From Octopus sinensis (lineage: Eukaryota), in NCBI RefSeq assembly GCF_006345805.1, contig NC_043002.1, positions 34,844,001 to 34,908,000 of the forward strand: a stretch of 64,000 bases of DNA. Direction: 5' to 3'. The notes below the pieces were generated by a model. It saw only the letters and a program-made list of their open reading frames with translations. It was not told the DNA's origin and searched no databases. Each line of letters starts with the position of its first letter. Position 1 is the stretch's first letter. Below, piece by piece: positions 36,901-48,900 of this stretch. The position numbers and the translations under genes are program-made.

Positions 36901-39900
36901 CATGGTGGTATTTTCAGTCTGGGTGCCTTCCACTGTTTCTTCAAATTCTTCAGCTTCAGCCAGTTCAATTTCCTTGACAATCTCTTCAGCTTTTGTCATC
37001 TCCACATCACCTTCAACTGTTGACACAATAGTTTCTTGTATCTTGCTCTCTGCTGCATTCTGTCTCCTCTGAATCATTGAAGTTAATGCAGACACATCAT
37101 CAGCTATATGGATGTCATTAACATCAGGTTTTATATTGTCGACAGCATTCTGCACCTCTTCACTCAAGTGATCTTCGACAGTCTTTTCCGGTACATGTAC
37201 AGTAACACTCTTTTGTTGGCGCCGTGAAGTTTGATTTTTAATTGTTTCAATGTTCACCTTCTTTACAATTGTCTTTGGTTGATCCAGTTCCACATCATCG
37301 ACCTCATCAAGATTGTCGCTGTCCTCTGTGTTACAAGCAACCTCATTGTAAGTCTTAACACAAGGTGACAAAACCTCAATTGTTTTACTGGAATCGGTGA
37401 TCTCCTGTGGCAGAATAGCATTGCTCTCTGCTAGAGTTGTTTCTTCTGGTTGTGCTGTTATATTGTCCGGTTCCACAACCTGTACTGCATTTAAGAAGAC
37501 ATCTTCTATATTACTTTCTTCCTGACTGGTCAGTGTCTTTGTTTCAAGCTCCCCTGTTGGAGGTGGGGAAGGACTCTTCACTTTAAGACCAACAGATGTC
37601 AGCACTGTTGCATCTGCCTCTTTTTCACCTTTTAGCTCAACTGTCTGCTCTAAACTCTGAAATAAACAACAATAATTATTAGAGAATCAGAAATAACATT
37701 ACTTGATCTTCCTGATTTATTACAAGAGTCAAAACATAACTGAACTAAATGCTTTAGCTGGTTAGCTAAATAATTCCATGTATTGGTCAATGTCACTATG
37801 AGAACCACAACAGCAAAACACAAAGTAATGTACATGGTTGGTTACATAGATTTTTTACTGCAATTCTTTCTGAAAAGTTTGGAGAAATCATGTTATACTA
37901 TCTTTCAAAGTTATAGTATTGTAGTTTTATGATTTCTGTATGTGATTTTTGCATTATTGTATAACCAAGACATGGTTTTCCAGTTCACCCAAGAGGTCGG
38001 TAAATAGGAATAAAGAACTGATTCAACTCAAAGTATGATAAACAGCATGAAAAACAGACTTAAATGATGATATGTTGTCCGTAATTGTATGCCATAAGGC
38101 TGCTATGTGCATGTGCTTGTGTCTGCAGACATGTATTACATTAACTGGTTGTCTCTGTGAGTGTCTAATAATAAACTACCCAATAACTGTTTATAGAATT
38201 TATTTATCTATTTATAATATTTATGTGTGTATGTGTATATGAATGAATGAATGCATGTATGTTTTGTATGCTTGAATGAATCATTTAGCACATAAAAATG
38301 ATTAGATTTTCATGGGGTAGATAAAAAATTTTGAAGTGAATGTCTGTCTAAATGTAAAGGGTATAACACAAAGGCGGCGAGCTGGCAGAAACGTTAGCGC
38401 GCCGGGCGAAATGCTTAGCAGTATTTCGTCTGCAGTTATGTTGTGAGTTCAAATTCCGCCGAGGTCGACTTTGCCTTTCATCCTTTCAGGGTCAATTAGA
38501 TAAGTACCAGTTATGCACTGGGGTCGAAGTAATCGACTTAATACCTATGTCTGTCCTTGTTTGTCCCCTCTATGTTTAGCCCCCTGTGGGTAATAAAGAA
38601 ATAGGTATAACACATGTGAATTGTGAATACATTATGAAATGGTTGAGGCCATCTACTTACAATGAAAGGACTGATATCCATTTGGAAGAACTCGGCAAAC
38701 TTAGAGAGTTTCTCTTCTTGAGATTTAAGTTTCTTATCTTCAGGGAAGACTCGCGTTAAACAACATTTATCAAGGAATTCTTTCAGATCACGATTCATTC
38801 CAATCCAATAGTAGCTACCATGCAGGAGTTCTTTGGTCCGTTCCACACCACGATGGATACCTGGAGTAAGGAAATGGTTAATTACTGGTTTAACTCTACA
38901 CATTGGATAAGTGGGTATGGTATGTACTCAGTTCACTCTATTCAGTGGATACAAGGTTAAATTATTACATATTAGCAATATGATAATTTTATACTTCACT
39001 CTCTCCAGTTTTGGACAACACACAAAACTGTCAAAGTCACAACATATGCTAGGCCCCACAACCTCTGATTATCATTCCTAGTGACTCTAAATACATAACA
39101 TAGACAATTCTGACTGAAAGAACAATTGTCTGCTTCAGGACCAGAAAATATTTCAGCTCTGATCAAATGCTTCTTATACACAAGCCCAAGTGACCACCTT
39201 TAAAAGAAAACCAACAACTGGCAAAGAGTTCTAGCCCATGGATACATGGTTTCCTCTTCACCTTGTCTAACACTACTACAACCTGGCCATAATAATAAGA
39301 GCCTATGATCCTCTCAACTAATTGATTACATCCCATCTACACTAAAATCTAACCAAACTTCCAACATATTGGCAGCATGTAGCAAAGAAACCAGGACTAC
39401 GTTTTATAGAATTATTTCTCATCAGCTACATTTATTTTAGTTTCAGAGTACACAGCAACAAGGTACATTCACTAGGTACAGTTTGGAAGTACCTGTTTTA
39501 TAGTTTCGTGTAGCTTATTATAGATTACAAAGAGGAGAAATGTACGGCAGGGAATTTCACTCGAAGGTGTATCACTGACAGTTTTATTAGCATTATGATA
39601 AAGGAGAATCAAGTGCACTATTGTTCTTAAATATGATTGTGAAAGGTGGTAGTATAGAAGGGAGAGAACGATGTGTGTGTGTGCGTGCAAGTAATAAAGA
39701 GTCCTCAGGTGAAACGATAGAAGGTCCTAGGGAAGGAGGGGAGTAAAATCTGTAGCAGTAAATGAATGAATGGAATAATGTTTAGATTGAAGAGAGTAGG
39801 GGAGTCAATTTGAGTATTGTTCATACCTAAGACTAATGCAGGATAATTACTACCCAAGTAGCAACCTAAGAACAAGTGAACAAGTTTGGCTCAGTTAAAA

Positions 39901-42900
39901 GGAGATATTTGAGTAGGATCTCATCACATGGATATAAAGTGCAAGTTAGGGAGCTAGTATAATAATCAATTACTAAATCACTGAGTCAACATAGGGAACC
40001 TCTACACATCATTTGATAAGCAAGAAATAGCAGCTACTCCCTCTTAAAATACACCTTACCATTTTAAAAAGAAAGCATATACTGGTTAATGTAGTCCTGT
40101 GTTTTTGCATTATACTTTTAAATAATAAGATCCTTATTGGATCAGAGCTTACCTAGAAATATTATTATCAAACAAGTACCAAATTAAGATTCATGTAAGA
40201 TTTTGGTACTTTATTTCAGTTTTGACTTCAAAGAAGAGCAGGGATTTTTGTCTAAATGAGGAGGTAAGGATAATGCCTGTAATGACATTTGAAAGGACTC
40301 TGACATGGTTTATTTTCAACATGTAAATCAATGTCTGCAGGAATTTCAGAGAATTAACATCCAAGGAAAGGTAAAACAGTAAAGGTGGGAGTAGGGGTGA
40401 CATAAGGATAAAAGTGGTCTTGAGTGGTGAAGGCATTTTTTGAGCATTTGAGAGGGACAACTGCTGTTGTAGTAAAGACAGAAAAGGTAGAGTGAAGAGA
40501 ATTACTTAAATGACCTTCCTTTCAAAGTGGTTTCAGGTGTTTGCACAACAGTAGCAACAGCACTGCCCAGATGCGAGTGCTGCATTCAAATCTCTGGAGG
40601 CTTTTAATTGATTAGCAACAGGTCTGTCATGTGTATAGGAGCAAGTATTATTAGGAAGTGACAACAACTGGTTGTTAATGTACAGGAAGAAAAGTGTGAG
40701 AAAACAACTGAACTTAAGGGGCATATTAGAGTAGATACAGTGTGGGTCAGAGAAAGCTCCCAATCCCAAAAGTGAGAAATGGATAAAGTACATAGATAGG
40801 CAGTTTAGCAAGGCCTACTTTTCTTTAGAAACTCTTCTAATTTGGTTTAATTTAAATTTGTCGATATTTACTTTAAAGAGATACAAGTAAGAGGATAGCT
40901 TTTTTCAGGAAATTGTGGGTGTATGGAAGACCTGGTAGTGTTTCATATGGAATCTGCAAAGAAACAGTAACAGAGAGGAGACGTAGGGAACACAGCAAGA
41001 GACATCACCACCTCCCTCATTTTTTTTTTGTTATTGATCAACAGGTTCTGACTACTCTGGTATTTGAGTTTGGTAAAATCAACATGCTGTTTCAACAGAC
41101 AACTAACCCGTTGGTGCACACCTTCTTTACAGGTATGATTGGATCATGGCTTCTCTATAATGGCTTTGTTGCCCTTTTTCGAGTTTGACATTTAATAATT
41201 TTGGGACCCACACACTCTGACTCCCGACACAGTACACAACACTAACATATTACCTGTTCTAAGAATGTGTGATTCTGTAACAGCATTTTGTTTCTCAGCT
41301 GCTGTCATCAGAACTTTGCGTAAACGACCAATAGTTTGGTTTTCTGTGTAATATAACTGGCCACCATTAACACGATACTTTGGAGATTCTCTGTCAGCAT
41401 AGTCATTTTCCTCAGTGGTTATGTCTGCTGGTTTAGCACCGGTCAAGTGGAACTGTTTGATAATCTCATACAACCTGATTTGGACTTCTTCATTCAATGG
41501 TTCTGGTTCTGCATCAGCCTGACAACAAAGCAGAGCAACAATATTAGACCATGTCTAATGGTACAAGTACAGTAAATGTCAACAGTTACTTTAGACAATC
41601 TAGTTAGAAAAGAATTAATGGTTGATAAGGGTGGAGTGCTACCTACATTCAGAAAAGGATATAAGGTGAATATCAGAAATATTCTACAACTTAGAGAAAT
41701 GCCACACCGCTAGTGTTCAGGACTAATCCCCACTGCTAGTGTGCAGGGTCACTCCACATTACCAGTGTCAAGAGTCACTCTACATGCTAGTGATTATTCA
41801 CTATCAGGTGCCAGTAAGCTTTTGATAAATGCTTATGTTGACTACAGTAAATTGATTGTATAGATGCAGCACATTCAAATGATTATGAAGTACACAGTCA
41901 TGAGGTTCCAAGTTCAATCCCACAATGTGACATCTTGGATAAGTGAATTTAACAAGGCACCAGGTCAACCAAAGCCTTGGAAGTGAAATTGGGTAAAAAG
42001 AGACTGTGTGATAGTCTATAGGATGGATTTCACCAGTAATTTGAAAGGCCTGGCAACCATAACCCATGGCCTCTACATGGGATGTAGCCAGTCCACTTAT
42101 GCATACCTTTCCTTCTTGGGACACAAAACTCTACTTGTGAAGACATGTTGGAGACAAGTGAAAATCGAAATTGATCAACATCAATGGAAATTGCAGCTGT
42201 GATACCAGTGCTGGTGGCACGTAAAAAGCACCATCCGATCGTGGCCGTTTGCCAGCCTCGTCTGGCACCTGTGCCGGTGGCACGTAAAAAGCACCCACTA
42301 CACTCACGGAGTGGTTGGCATTAGGAAGGGCATCCAGCTGTAGAAACATTGCCAGATCAGACTGGGCCTGGTGCAGCCTTCTGGCTTCCCAGACCCCAGT
42401 TGAACCGTCCAACCCACGCTAGCATGGAAAGCGGACGCTAAATGATGATGATGATGATGATGTGTCAAACTAAGTCCACCTGAAAACTACATTAAGGGTA
42501 CACACGTCTGTGGAATACTCAGCCACTTACACACTAACTTAATGATGAATAAATAAGTTAATTGAAGAACTAAATACTTATTGTCAAAACCAATAAAAAT
42601 TAACTAACTCTATTGATGGAGAGAAAGTGAGTGAGAGAGAAAGACTGCTGGAACAAATACATTACCAAAACAGCAAGATGCGGAGAAGAAATACTTACAG
42701 CCTTGACTAAATTCAAGAAACTTTCTTGAGCAGGGTTAGTGTCAGCTTCCGACTTCCTTCGCTCACTGCCATGTTCACAAACAGGACATGTCTTCACTAA
42801 GGCAGCACCATCCATTGTCATACCTTTCCAATAATAATCATTCAAGCGATCTAAAGTCCTTAATCGCCCCAAGTGAGTCCCTAGGAAGAAAAGAAATAAC

Positions 42901-45900
42901 AAGAATATATATTCAAATACAGAAAGAACTATAAAGACCACTACCACCACACAATTGCAATATACTTGGCTCACTACCCACACAAGACAGTTGTACTCTG
43001 CACTCCAGAATACAAAATATATTCCTTGACCACACTGAAGCTCAAACCATAGCTTCACCTGAACTAACTGTAACAACAATAAAAATAACAAGTGATATAT
43101 TATACAATCAACCTATGAAACATACTGATTACTACTCCACTGTTTCAACAGGCTTCTTCTTTACTAAAAGGGATTAGATGAATCTTTTGTTGTACAAAAT
43201 GTCATTACTCACATCAATTTTGTGAATCACAATACCTTGAGATCCAATCCCAGAATTTCCTCCCAGGTCTTCTTTGCCCTATTGTGGTAACTAATACTAC
43301 CAGCACAGTTTATTCTAACCTAGATGCGGTGCATTCACATCACATGTGTATACCAGCAGAGTCATTTCTTGCCAAGTCTCTCTCTCTCTTCCATTCACAC
43401 TGATATCATATAACCAATAAATCACATTTCACTTATTTCTAACTTTCACTTTCAATATCTAACTCGCTACCACATTGTACTACACTCTTACACACTATTA
43501 AGTAATACCGCATTCTTCTACATTCATACACATGTACCACTATCATGTAGTACATTATTCTTGTACATGTATTACCACATTTTTACATGTCTCATTACCA
43601 TGCAGTATCATATTCTTACACATGTTTCATCACTATGTTGTACCACATTCTTACACATAATTCATATAGTTTGCTCTTTCCACTATTAACCCCATCAAGG
43701 TAGAAAGATTTATACATTAATCCTTTTGACATCAACCTGCCTGAAACCGCTTCTGGTTCAGTAATACAAATGTCTTGTTTTCAAAAGTTCTTAATTAAAA
43801 TCTTCTACCAAACCTTAGTCAAAATTTATGTCCCTAACACTAGCTTAAAGACAACTAAGTTATTTTACTAAATTCTTTGTTATATTTAAAATTGATTGAA
43901 AGAAATACAGAGCATCTCAACAGAAATATGGTAACAAAAGGGTTAAAGTCATCTTACCATTTTCCAGCACATGAGCTGCCTTTAAAAGCTTGAAGCGTTC
44001 CAGTTCATCCATCACAATTTTCTTTAGCTTGGAGCCTGATTTATAATACATTTCATCGTCTTGAATGACATAATTCTGAGCCATTTTCCGGATCACTCGT
44101 TTATAGTCATCTTTTATACCAGGAGGGTAACGTTTCTGTTCAATATATAGCTTTAGAGCGAGGTAATAATCATCTAATGGTACCTGCATGAATCACAAGA
44201 AGATGTCTTAGAATATGGAGAGAGAGAGAGAGAGGACCATAATTTGTAAAAGACAAATGCATATGTCTAAATTATTAGAAATTTCTAAAGTTTCTGTTGT
44301 GCTTCAGGTCTGGGCAAGGCTTTCTATATAAGAACAACAGTTACCCATGAAAACTTCTCCCTCTTCATGCCACCAATGTTGTTCAAGCAAGAGCAAGCAT
44401 CAAAACATTTTAACACCAAAGTAGTCATAATGGAACTCAGAACATAAAGAGCCAGGGCAAATACTGCAAAGCACTTGATCTGGTGTTCTACAAAATATGC
44501 CATTCCACTGTCTTTATCAGATATAAGTTCTTCAGACACAATTTTTTCCAGGCTATTGAACAAAAGTATATATTTACAATTTCTATATCTTATACTATGT
44601 TTTGGTTTCTGAATGTTATCAGATGTCTCATTATACATAGTTTCATGCTGGATTCAAACAAGAAACCTTTATTTGTAAACTAGGGGTTATCCTCAAGGCC
44701 ACTGGCTCACATCAGTAATGAGTTACTAATTGGCTGATGAGGAAAGAATGTAACACTGAGTTTGTGTGAAACCACATAAGATGAGAAACAGCAAAGGATG
44801 TAACTGTTACTAGGTCTTCTGAAACAGATATGAGGAAGAAAGAATGATATCCTCAAACTGAAGGCCAAGTCCAAATGTTTCCTATAAAAGAGGATTTCTT
44901 AATTACAGGTAGCCAAAAGTTAGGTTGTGGTGGTAAACCTGGCCATAGCAGCTACAGCTGATTCTAACTCAGAACACAGACAGTAAAAATTCCGCAAGGT
45001 ACCTGGTCAGATACTCTAACAAGTCCACCTGTCTAGACCAGTACTTTATTGATCCAACAAAAATAAGAGAAAACTTCATCTAGATTTAGTGAAAATTTGT
45101 TTCTACTGAATTTTTTGATAATAGATAAATATTTATTATATCAACAAAGTAAACCTAAAAGATAAAGTTTAATTTTAACTAATGTTTCTTTGAAGTTGTG
45201 CATTTGTGTGCGTGCATGCATGTTTGATACCCAATGCACAAAGGAAAAGAAAAGTGTAAATAAGGTTTTCATAATGAAATAAAATTTTTCTAATTGAAAA
45301 AAGTAATCATAAAATTTCAAAATAAAATCTTAATATACACTGAAAATGGTGTGCATTTGCTCAGGTGGTCGAAATGGGATTTGAGTGATGGTCAGTCATA
45401 TGGATACAGACATACTTAGCAAAGGAAAATACAATTCGCACACAAACAAATTCCTGTGCATACCTGCAACTAAAAATTCGATGGAACATTGTCCCAGACA
45501 CTAGGATTTATAATCAAAACAATCTGACCTCTGTGTAAAGTCCTACAAGATGTAAAATCAAAAGGAATATTACTCACATCACGATTTTCTCGTTTCTTTC
45601 GTTTATTGCCTTTCTTGGGTGAATAACGGTTGACAACGTCTAGATAATTCTTCTTGCGTCCACGACGACCAGGTGACATTTCTGAACCTGATAAACACTC
45701 ATCCTCATCAGCAGGGACATTACTAGTGTCGTCTTCTATTGAGGTTTGGGTGGACTGAGAAGATGGTGGTCGCCCACGCTGAGGTTTGACAGGTTTGTCA
45801 TTGGTTGAATACAAAAGTTTCTTTAACTTAACAGAGACAGGTGTGGAGGAAGCTGGAGTGGATGAGGTTTTGTTAGTGACATTATTATTATTATTAGTAG

Positions 45901-48900
45901 TAGTTGTTGTAGTAGTAGTAGTAGTAGTGGTAGTAGCAGTAGTAGTAGTAGTTGTTGTACTGCTTTCTGTTGGAGTATCCAAAATATTTTCAGAATGAAG
46001 CTCATCAGGGTTGACTTCCCCATTTACTTCTGTAGCAGCAACAGGTGCTTGCGATACATTCTCTTCGGCTACTTCTCCTTCTCCAGGGTAATAATACACT
46101 ACAGGTAAATTTTTTTCAGAACTGCTCGGCTGTTCTGATGGGTTTGCCAGCAAACTCTCTGTCAGACCTTTACTTACTTTCATCATCTTTGTTTGAATAG
46201 ATTGAATCTGAGATTCAGACAGATTTGGATCCAAGTCGGATCCAGGCTGACGGAAAGATATACTCAATGGTAGACATGGTTCCCTACAACAGACAGAACA
46301 TCATAAGTGACAGTTATTGATAAAGACAGACAAACACAATGAGGCATACAGACAAGTACACTGAAGATTACAATAACAGACTCTCACCTATGATGTACGA
46401 GGTATACTGGAGTATATTCAGCAATCTGTGGTCGGTTTATTCGATGTGGCATCAACCAAAGATCAAGACTTTCATGCCAGTTGCGAGGATAGGATTTAGC
46501 AAACTTTCTCAGGTCTGCCTCCAGGTCTTTCCACATGCCATCTAAATTTTAATCAATAATACAGCCACAATGAATCACTGTCAAATACATTAGACTAATC
46601 ACTTCAATAAATAGCGAAGAAAAAAAAAAGGGTGATTTTTTTTTTGTATTTTACTTCTTGGGTCCACAGGAAGAGGCAGTATATATGGTATTCACAGGCC
46701 TTCTTAGACCAGTATGACTGAGGCTTTAAACGTTCCTCTTGAACCTTTATAGGTCAACACCTGCAGGAAAAGCATGAGTAGAGGTGACAGTCTAAGAGGG
46801 CTGATGTCCTGAGGAAAATGGACTGAGTATAGTGATTGGTGCCAAGATTTGGACAAAAAAGTGATGACAAGAGAAGATAAGTGGGACAGGAATGCTGGGG
46901 TAGAGACAGCATGAACCCATCAAGCTCCAAGAAGCAGAAGTCATTGCAGTAGTAGTAGTAGTAGAAAAGGTAGAGATAGGAGACAGTGCACCTGTTGGCC
47001 AGGGCATGTCTGTGAGTGATTTTTAACCTAATGAAGAAAATAAATATAAATATTAAAATTAACATACTTGTATCTTGGCAACATCCAAACTTCAAGTCAA
47101 TGGCATGTTCTTTATCAGTGAGTAAATCAAAGCGACCAGCAATCTTTCTACAACTGAATGACTCTTTACGGAATCTCAAGGTTTTCATGACACCATATCT
47201 AAAAAAAAAAAAAAAAAAAAAAATTAAAAACAACCTTCTAAACCAGTGGTTCTGAATTGGACCCACATGACCCTTTCAGATCCATATAAGATTTTGTTAA
47301 AATCTATGAGCAATAAATTGACTATTTTTACAATACACAAAATATTCTAATTTTTTTATACAATTTCTAATATTTAATTATAAAAATATAATTAAGATTT
47401 TTTTTAAAACAATGAATGGATATGTGGGTCTAGTTGAGTAAAATAGGAATCAAAGGGGTCCATAGGCAAAAAAAAGGGTTAAGGACCACCGTTCTAAATG
47501 GTCATCAATAAAAACACTGCATAATCAAAAGCATGTTGTATAACGGGACTGTATAAATAACTGTATGTTGTGTCAGTCATCTTGTCAACCACTAAAAGTA
47601 TTGTCTTTGACAGTCACAGTAATGTGGCCCTTAGATTGAAACTAGGTTTGATACAACTCAAATTTGGTTTCAAAAGATTAAATATATGTGTGTGTGTGTG
47701 TGTGTGCATGTGAGGGCATGCATGCACACACACAGAGAAATTATGAATGTAAATAATAAAACATAGAATAATGTGTTGCCAAAACCTAAGAGTATATTCC
47801 TCAAGTTACATGCCACCAAAAGGATACATATTTCAGGCACACACATGTATATACACTGAATATATATGATTTCTATACCTACTCAAAACACACACCCAGT
47901 ATTCAATACTCAATAAGAAGATCATGTAAACCTCTCACCTTGCAATAAGACTGAGAATAAACTGCAACACCTCCGTTATAGGTACAATTCCATCTTTGTA
48001 CTCAACAAACCGTGCTTCTGGCCACAAAGAATAAACATCTAAACAGAGGATAACTTGCACAGCTGAGCCTCCAGTCACCTTGATAGGACCAATAATATCA
48101 ACCTCCGCCTGGAAGTACATAATCAACGCTTTAACTCTTTATCATTTAAACTGGCCATATTTGGCCCAAATATGCTATATGTTTTATGTTCAGATTAGCC
48201 AGATCTGGCCTCTTATATCTTAATCTTACCATGTCATTCTAAGAATACACAATCACATCATCAAAATCTTAAAACTACAAAGTAATGAATGATTAATTCA
48301 AGACAATGTGACTAAATAAAAATTACATTTCACAGAGTAATCTGAATGCTAAAGGTTAAATAATGTGAAAATTTTCTATTACTGGGAGACAAATCAGCAA
48401 TAACACTAAACTACCAAACTATTTATCCATTTGGACTTAGTTCTGTGCTCTACTAAATCCCATCCTCTACTTTACTTTCCAGTAAAAAGACAGGAAATAA
48501 CAGTATCATGTGGATAGGGCACACACAAGTATGCCTACAAGCTAAAATATCATGCAGGGTATTAGTAATTCAGATTTCACATCCTAAATCATAGTTTAAG
48601 CAACTTTGTATTGAAACAGATGTGACTTTTGGAAATCTAAAGTTACACAAAGTCCACCTAGGTTACTTGTGAAAGTCATCAGTAATCGTTGACCAATTCT
48701 TCCTGTGCCCTTTCTATCATCAAAGCGCAGGCATGGCTGAGTAGTTAAGAAGTTACCTTTGATTCCCTTGAGTGGTATCTTGGGTAAATGTCTTCTACTA
48801 CAGCCTTGTGACTAAAATTTCATAGACAGAAACTGTACAAAAAGTTGTCTTGTGTGTATATATATATATCATCATCATCATCATACCCATTCTCTATGCT

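Noticed and set aside
44734-44795. CTGATGA...GAAA hammerhead-like motif
   Set aside because: Stem II ends (GGAA/GTGT) do not pair, and there is no stem III or cleavage triplet.
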